Shown here: positions 1 to 12,147 of the stretch, piece by piece
How the letters are laid out: each line of letters begins with the position of its first letter
How positions within the stretch are numbered: position 1 is the stretch's first letter
NCBI GenBank assembly: GCA_000697335.1
Contig: JNEM01010498.1
Coordinates: 1-38,922 of the forward strand
DNA: 38,922 nt
From: Conidiobolus incongruus B7586
Taxonomy: Eukaryota
Direction: 5' to 3'
The notes under the pieces: model-generated
Database searches by the model: none
What the model was told of the DNA's origin: nothing
Seen by the model: only the letters and a program-made list of their open reading frames with translations
Made by a program: the position numbers and the translations under genes

Positions 1-1111
1 AATGATTATCAAAAGCTTTTTATTTTAATATTAATAAAATTTAACCATAAATTCTCTAAAATTATTTATAATTTATAAATAGCTTTTAATAATGAAATGT
101 TATTTAAATTAACTATTTATTTTTAGGTAAACTATTGTAAAATAAAAAGAAAACTTATTTAAAACTTGTTATAATCTAAAAAATTAACCTTAACTATAAT
201 TTTTTACTATTATTAAAATGAAAAAATATATTGAAAAATACCTATTTATTTTAGTTAAAAAATTATCCAAATATTTGAATATTTGTTTTATAAGTATTTT
301 ATATATATTAAAGTTTAAATTCAAATTAATAAATAAAAAAATAAAATAAATAACTTATACTTTAGTTAAAGCTTAAAAAAATTAAAATAGTTATTATTAA
401 ATAAAGCTTACTAAGGTATAGTTAAAAACTAAAGCTTTTATAATTAATAATTATAATTAACAATTCTTAAATCTTTTTATATAATCCTTTATTAAAATAC
501 AATTCAAAATACCTAATTAAGTAAAATTATTATTATTTATAAATCCATTTAAATAAATATTTGATTAATAAATAAATATTAATTATTAGAATAGATTATA
601 ATAATATATGCTACTCTTATTTAGCTCTTAAAAGAAAGTGAATTAAAAATAAGTTTTATATTATTTTTTTTAATAAAACTATCATTATTTAGGGTTTTTA
701 ATATAATTTGAGAAAATTTATTATTTTGTATTATAATTATAAAATATATAAATCTAAAACTATAAAAGATATTCTAATTAAAAATAACTGGAAAAAACTA
801 CCATATCTAATATATTACTAATATTATAACTTATATAATTATAATTGCTTTAGGTAATTAGAAAACCAGCTTGCAAGAAAGAAAACTTTTACAAAAAAAA
901 TAAATTAATTTGTAAAATATTAAATTTTAGTCCTTAATAAAAAGAACTATTTTTTAGGTATTAAAAGTTTGCTAAAAGTATGGCAAAAAGTGATAAATAA
1001 TAAAAAAACTATTAAATTTATAATTAATATTTATTTTTATAAATCATATATTAAAATGTTTATTTATATTTAATCACAAAAAATTCCTATTATTTAAAAT
1101 ACAGAGTAATA
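1..1111 (+). mobile_element. Decayed mariner-family (DD34D) DNA transposon relic, probably truncated by the window edge
   Basis: The frame from 714 reads KFIILYYNYKIYKSKTIKDILIKNNWKKLPYLIYY*YYNLYNYNCFR*LENQLARKK...YFLGIKSLLKVWQKVINN. This is in register with the mariner consensus as I recall it: KVILLHDNARPH...[34 protein letters not shown]...RGIxxLPERWQKVI. The positions of the 2nd (732-734) and 3rd (837-839) catalytic Asp are separated by 34 codons. A possible DEKW remnant lies near 340-390. The right end is placed tentatively at a TIR-like stretch ending ...TAATA at 1111. Confidence 0.75.
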
Positions 1112-3043
1112 TTTAAATATATTATTTTAAATAATAAGAATTTAGATATTGATTGATGACTAATTTCTAAGCTGTTTTCTTTCAATTAATAAACTCAAGT
1201 TCAATATTATATGTTTTTTAATATGGTTCCCTCTCTATATTTTTAATTGAATATTGAAATATTTAATCAATCAGTTTTTTTCATAGATATATTTAAAAAT
1301 AAATACTTGGCCCTATAGAATCCAAATCTTAAATCAATTTTCTTATATCAGGATCCAGTATGTTTGATATCACCAGAGTTAATATCATAAAATATAAATT
1401 AGAAAACTATTTATGCTATATTAACATCATGGTTTATCAATTTTTATGAAAATCGCAAGATAAATTCAAAAAAAGAGAATATTTTAGCATTAAACAATTT
1501 GTCTTCCAATGCTTTATTATTATAAATTTAACACAACTAGCAAATTTTACGCAGAATCTTTTGCAATCTACCTTTGAATATTGATACTTAAAGTTTTATC
1601 GATTAACAAAAAATTTCATAATTAATAAATCAGCATTTTGAAATTTCATTTTACAAATAGAATTATCTAATGATAATCAGGACATATGTAGCATCCAAAA
1701 TTACAAAGCTTTGTTATCAAGATTATCTAATAAAATCTAACATTTTTTAGTATTTTCTTATTTTGGTTAATAAATGTTTGGATTTTCGTAATCCATGTAT
1801 AAAATTGCATACTTTAATAATAGATTTATAGATCTCAAAAGTGTGTTCAATATTTAATTTCAAAAAGAAAATTTATTATTTAAAATACAACAGAGATTGT
1901 TTAATTGAGTCCTAGTATATAATTTATAAAAAATTTAAGGCCTAAATATAATAATTTTTTGTTTAAAACCAAATAAAGTTCCTTCATTTTCTTGCATTTA
2001 ACTATATATTATGTGTTATGATTTTATTATTAAATAATGTTTATAAAATTCAAATTGAGCATAATTATTATCATCTATATAAAAATTAGAATATACATTA
2101 TAATCCTTTGTACTCAATATTGAAAAATTTCATAATAATAAAAATTAATAAGTCATAATGAAAAAAAGCTACTCCATTTGGTTTCTTAGTCATCAATTAT
2201 TGAGATTTTTAATTTCTTTGGTATTTTACATTTATATAATATAATATTCATTATTATTTTCAAAACCTAGATAAACTAGTAAAAATTCTAATTTCAAATA
2301 TACAACAATAAACCAAATATATAATTTCTATAGTTTTAAATCAAAATTATATTAAATTAAACTTTATATGTAAATAGTATATAGTACTGAGATGACGAAT
2401 GATATTTTGTATTAAAATTCTCATTGAATTTATGTAAGTATTTAGAGAGATTCCTTGCGAAATATGATATAAATTAATAACAATTATTTATACAGTCTAA
2501 TGATATTTTATTTTTTCAATCAACTAATGACCAAATAGTTCATTAGATCAATTCTAATATGTTATTTTAACCTGTTCAAAATATTTGATGACAACATTCA
2601 TATACTATGGAATACTATAATCATATGAATCTAATCATTGATTTACAAAAATTGAATTATATCATCAATATATATATTCTTTGAATACATTTTTTATTAT
2701 GTCATTGAACTACATTTCTAATTGGTAATATTGAATATAATTATCTTATACCATATGAAAGAAAATTCAGTATCAGATAAATATCATTATACTGATGGTA
2801 TTGGTAATTATTTGAATTTAAACGTTGATGTTTAAACTTAATACCAGTATTATCCTATATAATCGATTAAGCCCTAATTTTAATATTATGATTAATAATT
2901 TGTTACGATATTGTTTGTTATTTCAATCTATTTAGTATTATAAGCAAAAGCAAATATAGATCATATATCAAAATATACAATCTCCTAGTTGTTAACTTTA
3001 TTTTTTATATTGGAGATATAGTCATTTTCCATTTTACCGATAT

Positions 3044-3459
3044 AGAGACTTTGGAATTATTAATCTGAATTAATTTATCTTATCTCTAGTTTGATAATAT
3101 TTTGTCAAATGATTCTAAAACTGAAAGTGTCAATCATAATTAGGCAAAGTATTATCTATTTATTTACTTCCCAATTCTAAGTGTTTTTATATAAACAAAT
3201 TAACAAATCAATATTTTTAGTCATAGCTGTTAATATAAATGTTAGAAACGATACCATTGGTAAGTTATATCGATTTTGAAATAATAGAAAATGACTATAA
3301 TTTGCTGTCAACACAGGTAGTGTATATTATATATTTTTATATAAATAAGGATGCCCAAACTTTATTAGAATTATAGTCTTTAAGTTACAAGAAGATCGAT
3401 ATCGTTAATTTAGTATTGAGACCATTCGAAAAACTGAATATCAGGACGAAGATGTTTAA
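3044..3459. repeat. 416-bp block identical to 11732-12147, inside a larger diverged ~8.6-8.7 kb-offset duplication
   Basis: Base-by-base reading shows no mismatch at offset 8688. Looser homology extends left (e.g. 1831-1920 vs ~10511-10610; 2824-2870 vs 11511-11556) and right into the promoter (4879-4960 vs 13589-13670). Confidence 0.9.
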
Positions 3460-4878
3460 TTTGGTCAAATTCGATTTTTACATCATATTCTAAGTTAATA
3501 AGTGTAGTATGGATAACGGTAAAAGATGATGGAATTAAATCCTTATTCAAGATTATCCATTTTAAAACCTTTGAAAACAACCATCCGGCTACATATATCA
3601 CTTGCCAATTTAAATTTTTTGGTATAAGTGTTGACCAAAATAAATCTGTCTCGTAATTACCTAAAAATCCGTAATTTACACTTGTGACGTTAGGTAATAG
3701 TTCGAATAGAAACGCGGTATTGAGAGAATACTTAAAATCAACATAATGATTAAAGGTAAATTCATAACAAGTGACTTTGGGAAACACTCGATTATAATCA
3801 TCAGAAAAATTAATAGAATCCTTCAGAAATCTCCAAGCTCCTAATCTGGTCAATTTTGAAAATGTTGCCGTATTATCGGTGGGCCTAGGTAGTGGCGAGT
3901 TCATTTTTAATTCCCTCAGATTGGGACAATTAAGGCTGATTCTCTCCAATAATATCTTATCAATATTATATAATATTAATATTGATAATTGACTACAGGC
4001 ATGATTAAATGAACTATAAAAGGCTTGAGAGTGTGTAAAGGCCCGGATATCAGATGCATAATTATCATCATCAATTCTATTTGGATCATACAATACAGAA
4101 TAACCAATAGGGAATTCAAAATGTTTCATTCTCTTCATTGGAATACCAATAAGGAATTGGTCAAACAATAATCCAGAGTGCTCAAGCCAATCTGAGTCTA
4201 AATCAACCTCTATATCGATTTTCAAATACTCCAAATAATTCCAAGATTTTATGACATTGTAAAATGGAGATAAATTTTGTCCTGGAATGGGAAAATTACC
4301 ATTATTTTGTAGCTTAAAGTGAGTTATATTTTTAAATTTAGAAACCAATTTTATGAAATCTTCCCAGTCTGCAATATATAAATCTATATCCAATTTTTTA
4401 ACTTGATTAAAAAGGTAAGTAGGGACCTTGTTAAGCATATAGCGATATTCATCATAATCATAATATTCATTATAACACAAAACAACCTCCTCTATATTCA
4501 TCAACTGGTCACTCAATGCACTGGCATTCAAATCATCACTTAACCTAATTGATTTCCTTTCAACGTTTTAAGAAGAGTAAGATTCAAATGTATATAATTA
4601 ATATTAACACAATGCTTCATCAAATTTAAAAAAGCTTGTGGATTAGGATAAGAACAACAGCAAGGTTTCAATTCTTGAGCATACTTCCCATATTTTTCAA
4701 TAATTTCAATATAATTTGATTTCTTCCAAATATATGGGTTTAAAGTTTTATAAATTTGAGGCAATAGAGCATTATACCAATGTTTACAAACTAATCCCAT
4801 TTCAATTAAACGATTCGAGGCCATATATTCACCAATTGCTTGGATAAGTGTTGAAGATAGATCTTTCCAGTTATTCAT
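3410..4878 (-). pseudogene. F-box/LRR-like gene copy A, frameshifted by a 31-bp deletion
   Basis: ORFs 4540-4878 and 3410-4531 together align with the intact 496-aa paralog at 12098-13588. Copy A lacks the 31 bp that lie between two TTGATTTC repeats in copy B; a single repeat remains at 4549-4556. Copy A also has a 3-codon insertion, which accounts for the lengths (1469 vs 1491 bp). Confidence 0.85.
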
Positions 4879-6168
4879 TTTGTTGTTTGTATGTTGTAGA
4901 AATTTTTATTATCCAGAACTTGAGTAGTATAAATAGTAATTCAAAAAGTTCACATGTAATATCGAAAATTATTTAATTCTTGTAGAACTAGAATATTTAA
5001 TATTATTCCTGAAATTATCCATTTTATATTTATAATAATTCTCCGGAATATATTTTGATTTGAAATTATTCAATCTATTAATAATCAAATAATACTTTTG
5101 GAATTGATTTGTATTAATATATATGAATACTCGTAATAATACACTATATCTGTATATTGAAAATATGAAGTATATATTAAATTAGAATAGCAAAAAGAAA
5201 TTTAGGATTTAGGTAAAGATAATTGTTTATAGTCGAATTTTAGTATAATATAGATAAAATAATGATAATTCACATCATCTTCTATCATTAAAAATAAGGA
5301 TTTATATTTCACAAAATCAAATATTTTTGAATATTATATTTCTTGTTAGAAAAGTTTTAGAGGAATTTTTATATTTAACAAAATGCAATATATCAGTTTA
5401 CAAAGTAATGATTATATAATTTTACAATTATGAACTTTGCTATTTGCAATTAAGATTTATTTAAAACTGATATAGCGTTTATGAATAAAATAGTCTAATT
5501 ATTTTATAATCAATTTTGGATTGTATTACTCATATTTTTTCTAGATGATAAAAAATTTTGGGAAAAATATAATATTCATATAAAAGGACAACTAGAGTAG
5601 GTTTATTGCAATTGTGAAATTTTTATCAATTACTCTTATTTGTTAAATATTTTTGTTACTTGATTATAATATATGTATATAAATTCATATAAATTAATTT
5701 ATTTCACTCGTTTATATCCCATTTATATACTAAAATAAAAGATTTTCTGTATAAACTACCATTTGATTTTTGAAAATTGATCATTAATATCAAGTTAAGA
5801 AATGTAAAATAATTGAGAATATAAATATACTGAAAAGCGTGTTAATATTATTATTAATTGATGTTGAGTTCAGATTGTTTATTCATATATTTAAAAATAA
5901 ATTGGTTTTTGGGAAAATTAAATCCAATTTATTTCAGTGTGTATGATTTTCATGTATTTAATATTGATAGAATATATATTGTTATATTTTAATTTATAGA
6001 ACAGTGCTATAATATAATGCTATGAATCCAAAATAAAACAAATTTGAAATACTATTAAAATATAAGTTGTATTATTATGGAATACTAATACTTTAATAAT
6101 TTTGTTTTTTAATGAATAAAATTTCAATTTGATTTAATATTTCAAGATTTGAAAAAACTAAATCATAT

Positions 6169-6502
6169 TGACACTGGCTGGGAAGTCAAGTGTGCAATAA
6201 CTTTTAAGTAAATAGTCGTCTTCCGGGACGGCACCTGTTTGGTGATATAAAAGGGGTAATTTATTGTTTAACCTGGATTATTGGGCTGTACCCTAGGAAG
6301 AGGACCGACGTGATAACTTAGTTGTAGTTGGCATATTTATAGTTTGCTTGACGTGTCTTCCCAGCGTACAAACCGTACGTCGGATGGAACGATTGATTGC
6401 ATCGCTCGGGTGTATTTTGTGGTCACGTTGCAGGTGGATCTGTGACGGGGTTCTCGAATGAATTGAATTGTTAAGGACGAACGGGTCCTCCGGCCCGTGA
6501 CA
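6169..6502 (-). mobile_element. Solo LTR (334 bp), probably Ty3/gypsy-type
   Basis: GC/CpG-rich island bounded by TG...CA. Imperfect terminal inverted repeats TGACACTGGCTGG / TGTCACGGGCCGG (10/13). 4-bp target-site duplication ATAT at 6165-6168 and 6503-6506. On the minus strand TATAAATA (6334-6341) is followed by AATAAA (6260-6265), giving U3-R-U5 order. Confidence 0.8.
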
Positions 6503-7908
6503 ATATTTACAAAAACCTTTTGAAATTATTTGCCATGTTTGATATATAATATATTGATTATGGATCTATATTATCATTGATCCTTATTTCAAAATGCACA
6601 ATAATTTTGTTTATAAGTCACTAATATCTTCGTTAAATTTTCTATTCAAAATACACTCAAAATTATATCATTGAAAAATGCCACAAAATATTAAATTTCG
6701 ATATTGTTGGATTACATAATTTACAAGGAATCAAATGGCTTGATCTTGCGAATTTCATTGAATTTAATATTTTGTTAGAAAAGAATGTTTCATTAAAACA
6801 TGAGATTTGATGTCAATAAATATAAATGCCACTTTGATTATTTAAATAATTTTAAAGTTCTTATAACTTGTTGTTATATAGTATCACTACATAAATTTTG
6901 ATATATGTGATATCTTTAGTAGTAATTCAATATATCAATATTTTATTATTTGAACAAAATATATATTTTCAATTTGAAAATCTCAGTTTATGTAAATTTA
7001 ATAATTCTAATAAAATAAAATTTTTCATTTAAGGTATTACGAATACACTCAAATTATTCATTTTTGACAAATTATAATTTAACTAAATATATTTTATTTA
7101 CACTATCATTTAAAAAACAAGGTTTTTTAAGAGATTCTACTAATATTTAAATTAAACAATTATTTTATCACTTTTATTTTTACTTTTATATAATAATGCT
7201 CAAAAACATTTTGAATATTGATTATGTATTTAATATTTTAAATTGTATACTTTGGTAATATATAAATTGAAAACACTGTTAATAATTTCAAAATTTTTCA
7301 AAATATGAAATATCAGTTTATCTTGAGTTTGATATATAAAACTATACTGTGAGAATATAAATTAGCAATTATATTGAATTATTTTTTAATAAACTACTTA
7401 TCCAAAAAATAAAGTGATATATTGGAAATGATAATTTGTTATAATTAATCACTTATATATTATATATTTGTGATATTAGTTAAACTTGAATTTTTGAATA
7501 TTAATTTTTAGATTAATATATTCCATTGAAGATATATCTATTATATTATATATTATCATAGTATATTTTAAAAAAAATATATTTGATATTTTTATAAAGG
7601 TTAATCAAAAATATAAAAATTCATATCATTTATATTTGTATATTAATATTGTCATTTATGGATATTTTTATTATAACAAATATTTTGATAGGTAATACAA
7701 TTAATATTATAAATAATACTAAATTCTAAAGTTTATAAATCCAAATATGAATTAAATTATTAATAATTTAGAATATTAGTTAATAAAGCATCATTATAAA
7801 GTTAATTAAAAAACTTTCTTTATATCAAGTTTCAAATAATTTTCAATAAAATTGCAAAGTTGCTATTTTATAATTTTGAAAGGAGTTTTGATTAATATAT
7901 ATTAATTT

Positions 7909-9324
7909 ATTAATTTATGAAAAATTTAAAAAGATATAAATTATTTACAATTATTAAAATTAGTATAATTCTATCCTTACATCAAATTCTAAGTTAATAT
8001 ACTTTGTTTAGATTATGGTAAAAAATAATAAAATTAAATCTTTATTCAATATCAATTATTTCAAAACTTATGAAAATAATACTCAATTTATAGCTAATAT
8101 TTAAATGAATTTTTTATTATTATTTTCAACCAAATTAAATTTAAATTATATTTAATATAAATATCATAAACTATAAATGAAATATGAAAGACTAATTAGA
8201 ATTGATTTTAAGAGTTAGGTAATACTTTAAAGTTTATAAAATAGTTTTTGATAAATTTAAATTAAATTATTTAATAATCCTCTTTTATAATCTTTAAAGA
8301 AATTTATAAAAAAGTTTATAATTTTAGTTTTTATCTTGATAATTTTGATAATGATATTTTATTATTTATTGATTTTAGTAATAAAGACCATATTATTAAT
8401 TAAGTTAGATTTAGACAGCTAATATTTCTTTTTTTAACAATATTAGGTCAATACTTTATAAATTTGAAATCAACAAATAATTGAAAGATAGGTTAAGTAA
8501 TTGGCAAAAAAACTTCAGAGTTAGTTAAAACTATTATAACCTATACATAAATATCATCATCGTTATAATTGCTTTATTATATGTTTTATTAATAGTATAT
8601 CTAATTTCAAAAAAATTGATAATATAGATTCAGAATTTTTCTATTAATTTAATTAACTATTGATATGAAATTTTTCAATTTATTCTAGGATTTTAAATAT
8701 GATTAAAGTAAGCTATACCTTAGGTGGTAATAGTTATATAAAAGTCAATATATATCTTTGAATAGATTATATTATTAATATATTTAATTATAATTAAAAA
8801 TCTTCATTATAATAATCATTATCTAATTCCTAAACCTAATATAGAAGGTAGATAAGAGAATTATTTTCAATATATTAGCATTTCTATTAATAATCAAAAT
8901 GAATTTCTTTATATTTATCAAATAGTCATCTAATCTATTAATATTGAATCTTTTCAACAACCAACTTGATTTTAGTTTAAAGAATAAAATAAAAATTTTA
9001 ATTTTTTTAATATTTTTAGATAACTTGATTAAAATACTTATCCTTTAATATTTTTATAATTTATGATAAATTTTGAATAATTATTAAAATAAATATAAAA
9101 AAATAACAATAGTTTAATACTTAGGTATATTTACCATATTTTTTAATAATCTCAATATAATTATATTGTTGCCATATTTGTATAGGTAAATTTTTATATA
9201 TTTGAGGTAAAAAAGCCAGATATCAAAGTTGATAAACTTAACCCACTTAAATTAATAGTTATATGGAAATATATTTTGTCATTTTTTAGATGGGGTCTTA
9301 AGATAAATATCTCTAGTTAATCAC
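7909..9324 (-). pseudogene. F-box/LRR-like gene copy C, heavily decayed with many stops
   Basis: The minus strand from 9324 reads VIN*RYLS*DPI*KMTKYISI*LLI*VG*VYQL*YLAFLPQIYKNLPIQIWQQYNYIEIIKKYGKYT*VLNYC, in register with MNNWKDLSSALVQAIGEYIAPNRLVEMGLVCKPWYNALLPQIYKTLNPHIWKKSNYIEIIEKYGKYAQELKPC. The DDD motif is kept near 8550. The 3' part, ttacatcaaattctaagttaata (7977-), matches copy A ttacatcatattctaagttaata (3478-). The left boundary is extrapolated from copy A. Confidence 0.85.
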
Positions 9325-11731
9325 CTCAATTTCCATTTAGTTTTATAACTTATAATATATAATTAACTATAATTATATAATATAAGATAATATAAAACTT
9401 GAATTATTTTGGTGAATTGAATATTATCCATAACAGATTATTTTTTATTAATAATAATTGCTAACCTATAAGTATTCTAGTAATAATATCCAAAATATAT
9501 TAGAAATCAAGATTTATTTGATTATAAAATAATTTTTATCAACTAAAATCACTAATAATACTATTAAAACCAAGGGATATATTGCTATAAATTTATAAAT
9601 TTATGAATATAAAAGATTGGAAATTATTTCATTATTGCAAGTTTTTTAACTTATTTTATTAAGAAAAAATATTTTTATATTGAATAATTCACTTCAAATA
9701 TATTCTGGAGTTTCTATTAATCATTATAAAAGAAAAAATGAATAGTGATATTATTTTTAATCATTTTTATAAAATTCTATATCTAATAATTTTTAATACA
9801 AAATTTTATTATATATAATTACCTTTACATTAATAGTATCATTTTAAAAATTTAAATTTAAATAAAAAGTTTGGCCAAAATTTTAAAATATTTGCTTTAA
9901 AATAATAAACTTGATTTCAATATTATATGTTATTTAAATCTTATCCATTCATAATATTTTGAATTAAATATTGGTATTTTTATAAATAATATATTCTTAT
10001 TGCTATATGTGAATTCAAAAAAATATTTTATCTAACTTAGATCCTATAATAACATTTATATATAAATATTAAATATATCAGATATAGCTGAGAATTAACA
10101 TTATATAATATATTTTAATAAAATTATTAGATCATATTAATATTATAGTTTATAAACAATTCTGAAAATCAACAGTTGAATTAAAAATTATAAAATAATT
10201 TAAAATCAATCAAATTGGTTTCCAATACTATTTCATTATAGTTTTAAAAGCACTAGTAATTTCTAATAAGAATCTTTTATATATTTCACTTTGAAATTTT
10301 ATTCCTTAATATTAATTGGTGAGTATTCAAAAAATTGCTTTTTTATATTAAACTACATAATAATTATTGGGTTATGAGTAATATCCAAGTGTACAAAGTT
10401 TAATTATTATTATTTTTATTTATTAAATTTAAATTTTTTATTTTTTTATTTTAATAAATCAATTTTTAAATTTTAAGAATCTATGTCTAATATTGATCTT
10501 TTTAAAGATAGATCTATATATTTTGTCAGTATGTTCAATATATAATTTTAAAATGAAAATTTAATATCACAAAATCATAGTTATCAATTAATTGAGTCTT
10601 AATATATATTTATTAATAAATCTTAAATCTATATCCAATGGCAATTTATATAAAAATTTAAAGATCCTTCATCTTTTTAAATTTTGTCAAATATTAAATT
10701 TTATTATTTAAAATTATAAATAATGTCAATAATATTGAAATTGACAATGCTTACCATCATCTATATCCAACACTAGAATATTCGCTATAATGCTTTGTAC
10801 TAAGTATTCAGAAATACCATAATAATACATATTGATTTAATAATAAATAATCAAAAATTGTATATAATCTTTCCATAGTGAATAATTATTAATTTTTTTT
10901 TAATTTGTTCACTATTTGATATTTATAAAATTTAATATATATCATTGATTTGAAATTGTTGATATGCTTTTATAAATCCTTAATACCAATATACAGTACA
11001 AAATGTAGTATATAGTTACTTGAATTCAATTCAAAATTATATTGAATAAAATCTTATATGCTAATATTATATTATAATGAATTGACAAATAGCATTATAC
11101 GCTAATACCCTTTTTGAATTTTATTGAATTATCTTGAAACATCTCTTGAAAATATGATATAAATTAAAAATAATGTATTATACACTATAAAATTATGTTA
11201 CTTATTCAATCAGGTAATTATTGAAAGATTGATTTGATCAATTCTGATAAAACAATTTATATTGTTAAAGATTTTATGAAAAAATTAATAATATATTGCT
11301 GAATGCTTTAATATGAATATAATCATTAAATCACAAAATATTAATTATATAATATATAAGGAATTTTTAATCTATTATTTGTACTGTTATTGAATTATAT
11401 CAAAAAACTTGTAATCTTTTAATATAGTAATTTTACACTATAAGATAGATAATTAATGATCAAATAAATATAAATATACTGTTAAAATTAGTATGTCCTT
11501 AAACTTAATTGTTGATGTTTAAACTTAATATCAGTAATATCCTAGATAACCGATTATAAGATCTAATTTTATTTATAATTAATAATTTGTTATCACGTTA
11601 TTCGTTATTTCATGTTACTTCACATTAAAATCAAGAGCAAATATAAACTATATATCCAAATATAAAATCTCCTAAATTTTCGATTAATTACTATCAATTT
11701 CAAATACAGTCATTTTCCATTCAATCGCTAG

Positions 11732-12147
11732 AGAGACTTTGGAATTATTAATCTGAATTAATTTATCTTATCTCTAGTTTGATAATATTTTGTCAAATGA
11801 TTCTAAAACTGAAAGTGTCAATCATAATTAGGCAAAGTATTATCTATTTATTTACTTCCCAATTCTAAGTGTTTTTATATAAACAAATTAACAAATCAAT
11901 ATTTTTAGTCATAGCTGTTAATATAAATGTTAGAAACGATACCATTGGTAAGTTATATCGATTTTGAAATAATAGAAAATGACTATAATTTGCTGTCAAC
12001 ACAGGTAGTGTATATTATATATTTTTATATAAATAAGGATGCCCAAACTTTATTAGAATTATAGTCTTTAAGTTACAAGAAGATCGATATCGTTAATTTA
12101 GTATTGAGACCATTCGAAAAACTGAATATCAGGACGAAGATGTTTAA
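11732..12147. repeat. Second copy of the 416-bp identical block (see 3044-3459)
   Basis: Direct comparison at offset 8688. Confidence 0.9.

Noticed and set aside
6169..6502. RNase P/MRP or other ncRNA (GGGAAGTC resembles CR-I)
   Set aside because: No pairing CR-V was found; TG..CA ends, terminal repeats and a TSD favour a solo LTR.
8540..8990. Possible LINE reverse transcriptase relic (plus-strand YLIPKP...ENY, minus-strand YNDDD)
   Set aside because: The region is better explained as F-box copy C on the minus strand; the DDD matches RIDDDNY of the paralogs.
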